Source of the DNA: an uncultured Cytophagales bacterium
GTDB lineage: Bacteria; Bacteroidota; Bacteroidia; Cytophagales; JAAEPT01
DNA length: 64,000 nt
Assembly: GCA_963815495.1 (NCBI GenBank)
Contig: CAWFGW010000025.1
Coordinates: forward strand, 7,013 to 71,012
Direction of reading: 5' to 3'
The notes under the pieces were generated by a model. That model ran no database searches, was not told where the DNA came from, and was given only the letters and a program-made list of their open reading frames with translations. The translations under genes were made by a program, and so were the position numbers. Position 1 is the first letter of the stretch; every line of letters starts with the position of its first letter. Below are positions 38,090 through 49,467 of the stretch, piece by piece.

Positions 38090-40426
38090 TTAAAACTTAT
38101 AAGTGTATGAAAACGAAGGAATAATCGGAAATAAAGAGATTTGCTTCAGCACTGTTTTTCGATTCTCAACATCTACAAAATAGAAATAAGGATTTCTTCT
38201 ATTATAAACATTATAAATACTTATTTCCCACGTTCGTGATCGTTCTTTTTTTAGCTCTTTATGAAATTGAATAGATACATCCATTCGGTGATAAGGTGCC
38301 ATTCTAAAAGAATTTCGCTCTCCATAATATGAGAAATTTTCGACAAAACTATAATTATCATTTCCTGAAGGTGATACCACAGAATATTCTCCTAAAGGAA
38401 GCGTAATTGCGTTACCTGTGCCATAAACCCAAGTAGCAGAAAGAGTGATCTTTTTATCTGGCTTGTATATTCCTACTATTGAAACATCATGTCTCCGATC
38501 ATATCGTGCGGGAAAACGTTTTCCTGCATTTAACTCAGTGAATTGTTGCTCTGTTTTTGATAATGTATAACCTGCCCAACCTGTAAACTTCCCTATCTTC
38601 TTTTGAACTAAAAACTCCATTCCGTATGACCAGCCAATCCCACTAGTAACTTGACTTTCCCAATCTATTGCTTTACTATCTTCAGGTTCCTCGATAAGCA
38701 AAAAACTTGCTCCTTCTTTGTAAGACAAAATATTGTTCATTTTTTTATAGTATCCTTCTAAGGAAATTGTCAACCGTGGTTTTTCAAAATCCTTTGCCAG
38801 GCCAGTCGCAATTTGCCATGAACTTTGAGGAGATATTCGATCAGTTGCTGGAACCCATAAATCAGTTGGTAAACTGATACCTGTATTACTTATTAAATGT
38901 AAATATTGATTCATTGATGCATAAGACGCTTTCCAGGCTAAGTTTTCGTTTATTTTATATGCTAACATCACACGCGGCTCTGGTTCGAAATAAGTTTGAT
39001 CTGCATGATTAAAAGAACTTACTCGCATCCCTATATTAATTTTCAGACGATCAATTGGACTATAAGTATCTTCAAAATAAACACCTGACTCTAGTCCATA
39101 AAAAGTATCTGTAGATAATTCATCCTCAAAATCGTTTGATGATTCTACAACTATAGCACTAGGTCTAAATCTGTGTAAGGTTGAAATCAATCCAAACTTA
39201 ATGTGATGTTTAGGATTTGGGTGATAATCAAAGTCTGATTTTATTGCAAAATCACGAATACTAGATGAATAATTTAAATTGAAAGAATCGTCATCAAACT
39301 TACTGTCGGCTGATACAAAAAACTTATAATTACTAAAAATGAAAGAAGTGTTTGCAAATAACTTATCTGAAAAAAGGTGATTCCAGCGAGTAGTTGCCGT
39401 GTTGTTTTTCCAGCCAATCCCGAACTTCTCTTCGCTGTTATAATCTTTATAACCTCCATATATTTTATCTTGGCCGCTATAGGTGCTGAAATATATTTTA
39501 TCTTTTCGACTAAATTCATGATTTACTTTAGCATTAAAATCATAAAAATAATACCCTCCACTATTTCCCTCAGGTATAAAAGGCTTCGCTAGTAAATCAA
39601 TGTATGTTCTACGACCTGAAATCAAAAATGAGGACTTGCCTTTTTTAATTGGACCCTCAAGTGTAGCACGTGACGAAATTAATCCAACACCTACTTCTCC
39701 CTTTACCTCTTCCTTGTTTCCATCTTTCATATTAATATCTAAAACGGAAGATAGCCGTCCGCCATATCGTGCAGGAAAACCACCTTTAGTTAACTCAATA
39801 CTCTTTAAAGCATCTCCGTTAAAAATTGAAACGAACCCGAATAAATGCTGGGCATTATAGACAACCGCATCATCAAGAATAATTAAGTTCTGATCAGGAC
39901 CACCTCCTCTAACATATAAGCCTACGCTACCTTCACTACCTGATTGGACTCCAGGCATGAGCTGAACTGTTTTCAAGACATCTTTTTCACCCAGCAAAGC
40001 AGGGATGTCTTTTACTTGACCAACAGGAATTTCTATAACACTGCTTCGAACATCATCACTAATTTTTTCGCGATATTTATAGTCATCCATAGAAATTTCT
40101 ACTTGGTCTAACTTAACAATATCACGTTCCAAGTGTATGTCTAGTGAAATATTTTCATGCAAAGATAATTGTCGGGCTTGCTTTTGATAGCCCATCATTG
40201 AAAAAACGAGTTCTAAAGAGTCTGATTCTGGCAATGTAATGGAATAAAAACCGTAGGTATTTGCCACTGCTGTGACCTTTAATTTAGGGACAAAAACATA
40301 TGTTCCGATTAGTGTTTCGTCACTTCCCAATTCATATATATAGCCACTTACCGTATAGTTATTTTGTCCTATAACAGATAGGGAACAAGCTATAGATAGT
40401 ACTAAAGCACTAAGAAGATTTTTCAT
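38090..40426 (-). CDS. TonB-dependent receptor with N-terminal carboxypeptidase-regulatory-like domain
   Basis: Signal peptide, a CarbopepD_reg-like region (YTVSGYIYE..), plug motifs (LMPGVQSGSEGS, LYVRGGGPDQN), and a C-terminal barrel ending ..SFSYTYKF. Confidence 0.85.
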   Translation of the reverse strand: MKNLLSALVLSIACSLSVIGQNNYTVSGYIYELGSDETLIGTYVFVPKLKVTAVANTYGFYSITLPESDSLELVFSMMGYQKQARQLSLHENISLDIHLERDIVKLDQVEISMDDYKYREKISDDVRSSVIEIPVGQVKDIPALLGEKDVLKTVQLMPGVQSGSEGSVGLYVRGGGPDQNLIILDDAVVYNAQHLFGFVSIFNGDALKSIELTKGGFPARYGGRLSSVLDINMKDGNKEEVKGEVGVGLISSRATLEGPIKKGKSSFLISGRRTYIDLLAKPFIPEGNSGGYYFYDFNAKVNHEFSRKDKIYFSTYSGQDKIYGGYKDYNSEEKFGIGWKNNTATTRWNHLFSDKLFANTSFIFSNYKFFVSADSKFDDDSFNLNYSSSIRDFAIKSDFDYHPNPKHHIKFGLISTLHRFRPSAIVVESSNDFEDELSTDTFYGLESGVYFEDTYSPIDRLKINIGMRVSSFNHADQTYFEPEPRVMLAYKINENLAWKASYASMNQYLHLISNTGISLPTDLWVPATDRISPQSSWQIATGLAKDFEKPRLTISLEGYYKKMNNILSYKEGASFLLIEEPEDSKAIDWESQVTSGIGWSYGMEFLVQKKIGKFTGWAGYTLSKTEQQFTELNAGKRFPARYDRRHDVSIVGIYKPDKKITLSATWVYGTGNAITLPLGEYSVVSPSGNDNYSFVENFSYYGERNSFRMAPYHRMDVSIQFHKELKKERSRTWEISIYNVYNRRNPYFYFVDVENRKTVLKQISLFPIIPSFSYTYKF

Positions 40427-40579
40427 TATAATTATAAATAATAGCTAAAAAATAAAGCTGTCATAAAACAAGAACACAAAGATAAAGGTTTGAAGCATTA
40501 ATTAGCATCAAACCATTCATTTAAAAAGCCAGTTTTAGGGTATCTGTTTTATTAACACACCTCCTGTTTTAAATATTTT

Positions 40580-41962
40580 TTATAAAATAAACTCACTCAA
40601 ATCTCTATTCTTCAACATGTGATTTAATCGTTCTTCTACCATCTCTTTTGTAATAACAATTTTGGCATTTGCGCCAATCACATCTGGAACATCAAAAAGA
40701 ATGTCATTCAATAATTGTGACATCACTGTTTGCAAACGTCTTGCCCCAATGTTTTCAATTTCTTCATTTAAGAAAAATGCTATCTCAGCTAACTTATCTA
40801 AAGCATCATCATTAAAAGTCAACTCTACCTTTTCAGTATTCAGCAATGCCTCATATTGTTTGGTTAGTGCATGTTTAGGCTGTTTCAAAATTTTGTAGAA
40901 GTCTTCCTTTTTAAGGCTGTCTAACTCTACACGGATTGGAAAACGTCCTTGCAATTCAGGGATTAGATCGGAAGGTTTCGCGACATGAAACGCACCTGCT
41001 GCAATAAATAAGACATGATCAGTTCTCATTGCACCAAATTTAGTATTAACCACACTACCTTCTACTATAGGTAATAAATCGCGTTGCACACCTTGTCTAC
41101 TGACATCGGCACCACTGCTGTTTGAGCCACTAGAAGCTACTTTATCTATTTCATCAATAAATATAATCCCAGAATTTTCAGCTCTATGAATGGCTTCTTC
41201 TTTTACTTCGTCAAAATCAATCAACTTAGAAGCTTCTTCTTCTAATAATATTTTACGGGCTTCGGCAATAGATACTTTACGTTTTTTAGAACGCTTAGGC
41301 ATCATACCTGAAATCATTTCTTGAATATTCATCATTGATGCTTCATCCATTCCAGGGCCCATAACACCTACTCCAGGGTTAGCCGACTGTTTGACATCAA
41401 TTTCAATCTTTCGATCTTCTAATTCTCCATTTCTGATTTTTTCTCTAAAGCGGTCTCGCGTACGCAGGTTTAACTCTTCATCAGACTCTGGTACTGTGTC
41501 TCCATCTCCCACCGCTGGGACAGTCATTTTATGTGAGTTTTTTAATGGAGGGATTAAGGCATCTAAAATAATCTCTTCTACAGCTGCTTTTGCTTTTTCT
41601 TCTACAACAGCTTTTCGCTCTTTTTCAACTAAGTTAACAGACTGCTGCACCAAATCGCGCACCATGCTTTCAACATCACGACCAACGTAACCTACTTCAG
41701 TAAATTTAGAAGCTTCTACTTTAATAAAAGGAGCTGCTGCTAAGGTAGCTAATCTGCGAGCTATCTCGGTTTTACCCACACCTGTCGCTCCAATCATTAA
41801 GATATTATTAGGCATAATTTCTTTTTGAATATCCTCAGGAGAGTTCATTCTTCTCCATCGATTTCGCAAAGCAATGGCCACATTTTTCTTTGCATCTGCC
41901 TGACCTATAATATATTTATCCAGCTCTTTTACTATTTCTCGTGGAGTCAAAAATTGCTTCAT
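40580..41962 (-). CDS. hslU: HslU AAA+ unfoldase (ATP-dependent protease ATPase subunit)
   Basis: TPREIVKELDKYIIGQADAKKNVAIALRNRWRR, Walker A GATGVGKTEIARR, Walker B IIFIDEIDK, and the C-terminal tail DLSEFIL (E. coli ..DLSRFIL). Confidence 0.95.
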   Translation of the reverse strand: MKQFLTPREIVKELDKYIIGQADAKKNVAIALRNRWRRMNSPEDIQKEIMPNNILMIGATGVGKTEIARRLATLAAAPFIKVEASKFTEVGYVGRDVESMVRDLVQQSVNLVEKERKAVVEEKAKAAVEEIILDALIPPLKNSHKMTVPAVGDGDTVPESDEELNLRTRDRFREKIRNGELEDRKIEIDVKQSANPGVGVMGPGMDEASMMNIQEMISGMMPKRSKKRKVSIAEARKILLEEEASKLIDFDEVKEEAIHRAENSGIIFIDEIDKVASSGSNSSGADVSRQGVQRDLLPIVEGSVVNTKFGAMRTDHVLFIAAGAFHVAKPSDLIPELQGRFPIRVELDSLKKEDFYKILKQPKHALTKQYEALLNTEKVELTFNDDALDKLAEIAFFLNEEIENIGARRLQTVMSQLLNDILFDVPDVIGANAKIVITKEMVEERLNHMLKNRDLSEFIL

Positions 41963-41966
41963 TTGT

Positions 41967-43019
41967 TTATATCTCGGTTACTTTTACTTCTTTCTTCTTT
42001 AACAACTTACCTGTATCTAATGTTAAGGAGATAACATTAGTTCCTGTTGATATATGATAATTTACTTTTGAGTATGAAAACTCTAACCAACCCAGACGAA
42101 TCATTCCACCAAATGAAAACCCAGCTAAAGCACGTCTTTCCTCTACCCTCAATTCCTGTCTGCGCATAAAATTATAGCCTGCTCTTAAATGAAAACCTTC
42201 CATCAACATGAATTCACCCCCAAAAACAAAATGCCGCATTAATTTTTGTCCAAAGCTTTTTTGATTAGGCACTTCTTCCCCATCACTATCAAAAGAAACA
42301 TCGCGGGTGGGATCTAAATACTGAATATCCCACCGATGTAAATTATGCGCTGTCATAGAAAATCGGAATGGCATATGGTCCAATTTATAACTCCATCCTA
42401 ATTGAAGATCAAAAGGAGTGGTTTTTCGCTGATTTTCTGCATAATTTTTCAAAATAAAGCCTACATTTTTAAAAACTAACCCTGCTTGAAACCCATTATC
42501 TGGATGTTTAAAGTTTGCCCCAATATCAGATGCAATAGCAAATGCAGAATATCCTTGAATTTGTGAACCTATTAATTTCAAATTAGCCCCCATTGAAATA
42601 TTACCTTGTTGATGTGCTACTCCACCAGTGATGGCGTATTCGTTTGCAGTAAACGTACCAATATCCCTACCGGCATCGTCTGTTTCTTGAAAAGCACCAT
42701 AATTTATATATTGCACCCCAAGCCCCATTCCTTTAAAATTTTGGAAAGGCATCACGTAACTAAAATCTCCTTTTTTGATGTCAGCTTGAAAAGGTAAATA
42801 ATTCACTGAAACTTTATGAAATTGCTCTGAATTAATGTTTGCTGGATTAGTTAAAAACATATTAGGATCCCAATCACTAGACGAAACATTTTCGCCACCC
42901 AAAGCAGCAACACGGGCATTGGCGTTGAAGTTTAAAAAATCAAAGGTTGTTCTTCCGCCTATTTGAGCAACTAAGTCAAATGATAAAAAAATCAGAAGGC
43001 CAAGGAATAGCTTTTTCAT
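41967..43019 (-). CDS. porQ: Type IX secretion system protein PorQ
   Basis: Signal peptide followed by QIGGRTTFDFLNFNANARVAALGG, the characteristic PorQ N-terminus. Beta-barrel-like remainder, 350 aa. Confidence 0.75.
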   Translation of the reverse strand: MKKLFLGLLIFLSFDLVAQIGGRTTFDFLNFNANARVAALGGENVSSSDWDPNMFLTNPANINSEQFHKVSVNYLPFQADIKKGDFSYVMPFQNFKGMGLGVQYINYGAFQETDDAGRDIGTFTANEYAITGGVAHQQGNISMGANLKLIGSQIQGYSAFAIASDIGANFKHPDNGFQAGLVFKNVGFILKNYAENQRKTTPFDLQLGWSYKLDHMPFRFSMTAHNLHRWDIQYLDPTRDVSFDSDGEEVPNQKSFGQKLMRHFVFGGEFMLMEGFHLRAGYNFMRRQELRVEERRALAGFSFGGMIRLGWLEFSYSKVNYHISTGTNVISLTLDTGKLLKKKEVKVTEI

Positions 43020-43086
43020 GTATAGATTAATTAAACGTTTCGATACTTATGTAAGTCACAACTACCGAAACGTTAAATATACTTCT

Positions 43087-45591
43087 TTATTTATTCTCGG
43101 ACTCTTTTTTTTCATCTGGAACAGAAATAGGTACTGGCCGTGCTACTTTGTCTTTCAATAAAGCAATCTCAATAACCTCATCAACATGCTTAACATAATG
43201 AATTTTTAATCCTTTGGTATATACTTTTTCGATTTCATCTATGTCTTTTTTGTTTTTGTAACACATGATGATTTCATTAATACCTGCCCGCTTGGCTGCA
43301 AGAATTTTTTCTTTGATTCCACCAACTGGCAACACTTTACCACTTAAAGTAATTTCACCAGTCATGGCTATTTTTTCTTTGATTTTACGTTGAGTAAATA
43401 CCGAAGCTATAGAAGTATACATTGTAATCCCAGCTGAAGGCCCGTCTTTTGGAACTGCTCCAGCTGGAACATGAATGTGTAAATCGTAATGGTCAAAGAT
43501 TTTGTAATCGATATCTAATTTCTCGGCATTAGCACGAACATTAGAGAGAGCAGCAATCGCAGATTCTTTCATCACATCACCTAATTTACCCGATAAGGTT
43601 AACTTACCTTTCCCACGACTTATTAGTGATTCGATATTCAAAATCTCCCCTCCAACTGGCGTCCAGGCTAAACCAGTAACAATACCTGCTACTTCATTGA
43701 CTTCATACTCTTCTTTATCAAAAAACTCTGGTCCAAGAATGGAGACAATTTGCTCTGTATCGATTTTCTTTTCATACGATTCCTCCATCGCAATGGACTT
43801 AGCCACATGTCGCATGACAGATCCAATTTTCCGATCTAACCCTCGAACACCCGACTCACGGGTATATCCATCAACCAATTTTTCGATAGCGGCTTTGGTA
43901 AATGAGATATCATCTTTTGTCAATCCGTGTTCATCTAATTGTTTTGGAATCAAGTGACGTTTTGCGATTTGTACTTTTTCTTCCAGCGTATAACCATTAA
44001 TTTCAATGATTTCCATTCGGTCACGCAAGGCTGGTTGAATTGTATCTAATGAGTTGGATGTAGCAATAAATAAAACTTTGGACAAATCGTATTCTACTTC
44101 TAGATAATTGTCTACAAACGCGTTATTCTGCTCTGGGTCTAACACCTCTAACATGGCAGAAGATGGATCACCTCTGAAATCGGAAGCTATTTTATCAATT
44201 TCGTCTAATACAAAAACAGGGTTTGACTTGCCAATTTTCTTGATATTGTGAATTACTTTACCTGGCATAGCGCCAATGTATGTTTTTCGATGACCGCGAA
44301 TTTCAGCTTCATCTCGCACTCCCCCTAAAGCCATCCGCACGTACTCTCTACCTAAAGCTTTTGCAATGGACTTCCCTAAAGAAGTTTTACCAACACCAGG
44401 AGGACCATAAAGGCACAAAATCGGACCTTTCATAGTTCCATCATTATCGCCCTTAATTACATTTTTAAGCTTAATTACTGCTAAGTATTCAAGAATACGT
44501 TGTTTCACTTTATCTAATCCATAATGATCTTTATCCAAAATCGTTTTGGCACGCTTTAGATTAAAATTATCTTTTGAAACTTCACCCCAAGGCAAGTCAA
44601 CTAATAACTCTAGGTAATTGATATGAACAGGGTAATCAGCAGCAGCAGGGTTCATTCGAGATACTTTGCGTAGCTCTTTTTGAAAATGCTCCTCAACCTC
44701 TTTGGACCAAATTTTATCTGCACCACGCATGCGAAGACGGTCCACTTCTTTTTCAACACTTTCTTCTCCAAGTTCATCTTGAAGCACTTTCATTTGCTGA
44801 CGCAAAAAATAATCCCGCTGTTGTTGGTCGATATCGTGATGGACTTTTGAGTTAATTTCTTGTTTCACTTGTAATAGCTGAACTTCATTATTCATGAACT
44901 CCATTAAAGTGGTCACACGATTTTTGCCATTATCATTTTCTAACAGCCCTTGTTTACTCTCTACCGAAACACTGAGATTAGAACACAAAAAATGTGTCAT
45001 AAAACCTAACGTTTCAATATTATCAATCGCAATTTGAGCTTCAGGTGGTAATTCTGGATTCAGTTTGATAATCTTTTTGGCCGTATCTTTTAAAGAACCG
45101 ATTAAACCTGTTGCCTGTTTTTTGGATATTTTATCGAATGTCTCTTTCTTAGCCACTACTTTTGCACGCAGATAAGGATCATTAGAGACTTCTTCTAATA
45201 ATTCAAACCTTCTTTTGCCTTGAATAATAATTGTAGTATTCCCATCAGGCAGTACCACCATCTTAAGAATAGTTGCAACTGTGCCGATTTTATACAAGTC
45301 ATCATACACAGGTTCGTCAGCTTTTTGATTTTTTTGAGCTACTACACCAATAATTCTATCACCATTGTACGCCTCTTTTACCAAATCAATAGATTTTTTT
45401 CTTCCCACTGTAATGGGAATCACAACACCTGGAAATAATACAGTATTGCGAACTGGTAAAATTGGCAAAGTATCTGGCACACCTACGTTATGTATCTCTT
45501 CTTCTTCCTCCGGTGATAAAAGTGGAATCATCTCTTCTCCCTCATTCCCTATAAAGTGTACTGGTCTTAATTGATCTTTTTCTTCAGTCAT
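43087..45591 (-). CDS. lon: Lon protease (endopeptidase La)
   Basis: LON N-domain, Walker [10 protein letters not shown], and the protease active-site region [11 protein letters not shown]. Confidence 0.95.
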   Translation of the reverse strand: MTEEKDQLRPVHFIGNEGEEMIPLLSPEEEEEIHNVGVPDTLPILPVRNTVLFPGVVIPITVGRKKSIDLVKEAYNGDRIIGVVAQKNQKADEPVYDDLYKIGTVATILKMVVLPDGNTTIIIQGKRRFELLEEVSNDPYLRAKVVAKKETFDKISKKQATGLIGSLKDTAKKIIKLNPELPPEAQIAIDNIETLGFMTHFLCSNLSVSVESKQGLLENDNGKNRVTTLMEFMNNEVQLLQVKQEINSKVHHDIDQQQRDYFLRQQMKVLQDELGEESVEKEVDRLRMRGADKIWSKEVEEHFQKELRKVSRMNPAAADYPVHINYLELLVDLPWGEVSKDNFNLKRAKTILDKDHYGLDKVKQRILEYLAVIKLKNVIKGDNDGTMKGPILCLYGPPGVGKTSLGKSIAKALGREYVRMALGGVRDEAEIRGHRKTYIGAMPGKVIHNIKKIGKSNPVFVLDEIDKIASDFRGDPSSAMLEVLDPEQNNAFVDNYLEVEYDLSKVLFIATSNSLDTIQPALRDRMEIIEINGYTLEEKVQIAKRHLIPKQLDEHGLTKDDISFTKAAIEKLVDGYTRESGVRGLDRKIGSVMRHVAKSIAMEESYEKKIDTEQIVSILGPEFFDKEEYEVNEVAGIVTGLAWTPVGGEILNIESLISRGKGKLTLSGKLGDVMKESAIAALSNVRANAEKLDIDYKIFDHYDLHIHVPAGAVPKDGPSAGITMYTSIASVFTQRKIKEKIAMTGEITLSGKVLPVGGIKEKILAAKRAGINEIIMCYKNKKDIDEIEKVYTKGLKIHYVKHVDEVIEIALLKDKVARPVPISVPDEKKESENK

Positions 45592-45758
45592 AAATATTTT
45601 TTAAAGAAACAACTGTCAGCTTGACATTAAAAATGACAAACTAACGTTCTGTTTATAGCATATTTTAGGATTGACTTATGTTGCAAGTGACGTGCCAATA
45701 CCTAAATATTTCAAAAATCAAGTATTTGATGTAAATTGCTGACGTTTTAACATAATTA

Positions 45759-47924
45759 ATGAAAAAACTAATATACATACTTCTATTTTCTATTCTATTA
45801 GTTAACACTATTACTGTTTTTTCCCAAGACACGAAAAAAGAGTATAAAGAACAATTAAAAGACGAAGAAGAAGGTTATATCGCAAAAGAAATATCTGAAG
45901 AGTTAGCTGTTAAAAGTGAAAATTCCAATGATTACCATTTTATTTTTAACAACATTAATAAAATACAAGAATATCACAGTCAAAGTGATATAGACCACAT
46001 CCAAAAGTTAGCTTATAAGGGCGATGACCTGAAAACTATTGATGCTTTAGAAAAATACATTAGCAATTTCGGGATTTTCAACTTTGCTATCGACTTAGAT
46101 TTATTTTGGCAACTAGCACAATTGTATGAAAAAAATAATATGATGCCGCAAGCACGTAGTGCTTATCGACTTATTTTAAAGCACCACTCTGCGAAAGATC
46201 AAGCAGACATTGCTCAATATCATAAGATATATGAACATTATGATTCTTTGACAGAACTTACAAAAGATTATTATGTCCCTTTAGAATATTACTACAAACT
46301 AGTCGACTACCGTAAAAACATAGATACCTTGAGACCTCCAAAGAGTGTATTAATTAACATGGGGAACTTGGTAAACAAAAAGAACACTGCGGACTACGGT
46401 CCTTCAATTAATTCCAATGACAAAGTGATGCTATTTACAAGAAAAGAGAAAGACCATCACTCGTTTGGAGTAAGAAATAAATACAATGAAGATCTATATC
46501 AAACAATCAACTATGATGGTTTTTGGGATGAGGCCACAAAGTTTCCTTATCCTGTAAATTCACGTTGTAATGAGGGTTCTGCTTGCATATCAAAAGATGG
46601 GAAAACATTAATTTTCTCACGTTGTATAGTGGAAGAATATCGACTAGACTGTAGTGACTGCATGGGAATGTGCGACTTATACATCTCTACAAAAAATGAG
46701 AAAGAAGAATGGAGTAAACCAATAAATCTCGGACCAGAAATCAACACTTCCCATTGGGAGTCACACCCTTCATTCTCACAATATGAAGACACGCTGTATT
46801 TTGCATCTGACAGAATTGGTGGATTTGGCTTGTCAGATATTTGGTTTACAGTAAGACTAAAAGGTGACAAATGGTCTAAACCCCAAAATATGGGTCCTGT
46901 TATTAATACTAGAGGAAATGAATATAGTCCATTTATTCATAAAACCACTAATGTGTTTTATTTCAGTTCGGATGGGCAAACCTTTAATTTCGGGGATTTA
47001 GAAAACAAAAAATATAACAGAACTATCGATATTTATAGAACTTGGAAAGACAACAATAATTGGGTTGAGCCCAAAAACATTGGTCCTTTGGTGAATGGCG
47101 AAGGAAGTGAATTTTATTTCTCGATAGATTCAAAAGCTGAGCAACTTTTTTATGCAAAAACTGAAGAAGGAAAAGATGATAATTTGACTACCGATTTATT
47201 TTCTTTCCCCGTGCCCATGGAGGCACAACCGAATGCTACAGTACGACTTTCAGGTACCTTGAGGGATGAAGCTACTGGAGAACAATATAATGGGATTATA
47301 TCAGTCATCGACTTGCGAAATGGCATCGAGGTTGCCCCAAAAAACACCCGTCCCGATGGTAGTTTTGATTTTGATTTAATTGATCATAATGAATACTTGT
47401 TGATTATTCAAGGGGATGAATTTTTCAGAATTGAAAAACTGTTTGAACTAGACGGAGATACGACTATTAATGTTGAAGCTAAAAACATACGAAACAAAAA
47501 GTTAAAATTTGCTTCTATTGAATTTGAAAATGGCAAATGGGACATACTCGAACCAATGGAAAAAGACTTATGGGACGTCATTAACTTTATGGTTGATAAC
47601 CCGCAATTTGATTTAGAAATTGGTGGGCATACGGATTCAGACGGTATTGCTGCTAATAACATTACCCTATCACAAAAAAGAGCGGAAGCTATTAAGCTTT
47701 TTATTGAGGCAAAAGGTTATGTAGACTCCAAACGTGTGACTGCTGTTGGTTATGGAAGCAAAAAACCTATACGCACACCTGAGGTTACAAAAGAAGACAA
47801 AGCCATCAACCGAAGGGTTGAATTTGAAATTAAGCCTAACAAAGAACGAAAAAGTGGTGAGTTTTCAGACGATGACTTCAATAATCAATTTGAATCAGAA
47901 GACTCTTCCTCAGACGATTGGTAA
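45759..47924 (+). CDS. OmpA-family outer-membrane protein with TPR-like and TolB/PD40-type beta-propeller repeats
   Basis: Signal peptide, repeated ..E..P.hS.D...lhF.S.R motifs (PD40-like), and a C-terminal OmpA domain (GHTDSDG...NRRVEFEI) with an acidic tail. Confidence 0.8.
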   Translation: MKKLIYILLFSILLVNTITVFSQDTKKEYKEQLKDEEEGYIAKEISEELAVKSENSNDYHFIFNNINKIQEYHSQSDIDHIQKLAYKGDDLKTIDALEKYISNFGIFNFAIDLDLFWQLAQLYEKNNMMPQARSAYRLILKHHSAKDQADIAQYHKIYEHYDSLTELTKDYYVPLEYYYKLVDYRKNIDTLRPPKSVLINMGNLVNKKNTADYGPSINSNDKVMLFTRKEKDHHSFGVRNKYNEDLYQTINYDGFWDEATKFPYPVNSRCNEGSACISKDGKTLIFSRCIVEEYRLDCSDCMGMCDLYISTKNEKEEWSKPINLGPEINTSHWESHPSFSQYEDTLYFASDRIGGFGLSDIWFTVRLKGDKWSKPQNMGPVINTRGNEYSPFIHKTTNVFYFSSDGQTFNFGDLENKKYNRTIDIYRTWKDNNNWVEPKNIGPLVNGEGSEFYFSIDSKAEQLFYAKTEEGKDDNLTTDLFSFPVPMEAQPNATVRLSGTLRDEATGEQYNGIISVIDLRNGIEVAPKNTRPDGSFDFDLIDHNEYLLIIQGDEFFRIEKLFELDGDTTINVEAKNIRNKKLKFASIEFENGKWDILEPMEKDLWDVINFMVDNPQFDLEIGGHTDSDGIAANNITLSQKRAEAIKLFIEAKGYVDSKRVTAVGYGSKKPIRTPEVTKEDKAINRRVEFEIKPNKERKSGEFSDDDFNNQFESEDSSSDDW

Positions 47925-47931
47925 ACTTAAC

Positions 47932-48924
47932 TTATAGTCTAATTAAGAAATTCATCGTATCTATTCCATCAGCAAAATCATCAATTTCGGGACATTGAGC
48001 ACTTCCAAAAGGAATGTACCCTTTCCCTACTATACACTGGATTGCTTCCTTTTCCTCTTCTAATCGTGCTTCCAAATCGCTTTTAGAAGTATATTCCTCA
48101 TAATAAACAACAGAAATAGGCGCTCCCCAGCTTGTTTTTTTAGTAAACAATGAAAAGCCCGTATCTAAATGAGGAACCCGATCAACTAAATAAATTGATT
48201 TATAATAATCATAATTGTTGCTATACTTGGTATGGTCAGTGATGTCAGCATAATTCTTTGACAACTCATCCAAGAAAAACTGAAAAGAATATCCTTGAGG
48301 CACAAATAGCTTGGTTACACTGCGACACCCTTTCCCAAAATAATTAGTAATATCTTCTCCTAAAGCTTTTATTTCCTCTGCTGTTTCTTCACCTGTTAAT
48401 ACGGCACAAGAAGTTCTACTCTTTCTAATAATTGTGGGAATATCTTTAAAATAAACCCCAAAATAACGAGCAGTATTATTACTTCCTGTAGCAATTACCG
48501 CATCTAGTTCCTTCAAAATCAACTTAGGCACAAATTTAATTCTGCTTTTAAGCTCCTCATCCATTAGTTCATACAGATAAGGAATCAATACCGCATCATC
48601 CGAGCTAAGTTTGACTACCGCTTTGTTTCCAGATAAAACCACCATTAATAAATCATGAAATCCTACTGCGGGGATATTACCAGCCATGACTATTCCTATA
48701 TTTTTATCTATATCTCCTTTCTCATATTTATTAAAAAAAGATTCAAGTGATTCTTGTATCAAAATGTTGGCGATGCCAGACAATGCCTTGTCTATAAATT
48801 TCACATCAAACCATGGGTTATTTTGCTTGGCCCTATAATATAGGTCATCTTTGGTCTTAGGACTTATTTGCGTGATTTTTTCCCCAAGCGAAACAAAAGA
48901 GGAGATCATTGTGTTATTATTCAT
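47932..48924 (-). CDS. Acyl-CoA reductase (LuxC-like) family protein
   Basis: 330 aa. I recall that this family sits next to a 4Fe-4S ferredoxin gene in Flavobacteriia. Assignment from memory of family sequence character only. Confidence 0.5.
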   Translation of the reverse strand: MNNNTMISSFVSLGEKITQISPKTKDDLYYRAKQNNPWFDVKFIDKALSGIANILIQESLESFFNKYEKGDIDKNIGIVMAGNIPAVGFHDLLMVVLSGNKAVVKLSSDDAVLIPYLYELMDEELKSRIKFVPKLILKELDAVIATGSNNTARYFGVYFKDIPTIIRKSRTSCAVLTGEETAEEIKALGEDITNYFGKGCRSVTKLFVPQGYSFQFFLDELSKNYADITDHTKYSNNYDYYKSIYLVDRVPHLDTGFSLFTKKTSWGAPISVVYYEEYTSKSDLEARLEEEKEAIQCIVGKGYIPFGSAQCPEIDDFADGIDTMNFLIRL

Positions 48925-48976
48925 GTTACGAAAGTACCAAAAAAGGTAAAAAATTTGTGCATAATAAGATAATACC

Positions 48977-48984
48977 TATTTTTG
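48977..48984 (+). promoter_or_regulatory. TAnnTTTG -7 box upstream of the ferredoxin gene
   Basis: The sequence tatttttg lies 38 nt upstream of ATG 49022. Confidence 0.45.
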
Positions 48985-49021
48985 CGACTGGTAGAGTGAA
49001 GTTTAGACAAATAGTAATAAG

Positions 49022-49393
49022 ATGGCTATCATAATAACTGAAGAATGTATTAACTGTGGAGCATGTGAACCAGAATGCCCTAACACTGCTATTTACGAAG
49101 GTGGTGCAGAATGGGCTTACTCTGATGGCACAAGTTTATCACAAATTGAACTAGAGGATGGTTCATCGCTTGACGCTTCTGAAAAACAAGAACCTATTAA
49201 AGAAGGTGCTTTTGGAGCTGATGGTGATCAATTTTATTATATCGTACCAACGAAATGTACGGAATGTACTGGTTTTCACGAAGAACCACAATGTGCAGCG
49301 GTTTGTCCAGTAGATTGTTGTGTGCCTGATCCTGACAATGAAGAAAGCGAAGAAGAATTATTAGCCAAAAAAGTTTGGTTACACGGAGAATAA
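49022..49393 (+). CDS. 4Fe-4S dicluster ferredoxin
   Basis: Motifs [12 protein letters not shown] and [18 protein letters not shown]. Confidence 0.85.
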   Translation: MAIIITEECINCGACEPECPNTAIYEGGAEWAYSDGTSLSQIELEDGSSLDASEKQEPIKEGAFGADGDQFYYIVPTKCTECTGFHEEPQCAAVCPVDCCVPDPDNEESEEELLAKKVWLHGE

Positions 49394-49416
49394 ATTTTAG
49401 AAATTTAATAACTTGA

Positions 49417-49446
49417 AAGCCCTGACGTCTGTTAGGGCTTTTTTTA
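49417..49446 (+). terminator. Rho-independent terminator after the ferredoxin gene
   Basis: Stem aaagccct / agggcttt followed by a T-run. Confidence 0.7.
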
Positions 49447-49467
49447 TGTATTGAAACAATAAAAAAT

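Noticed and set aside
45614-45626. Palindrome TGTCA-gct-TGACA in the lon/ompA divergent region as a heat-shock operator
   Set aside because: It has only 5-bp arms, does not match CIRCE or any operator I can name, and is a single occurrence. Not enough to call.
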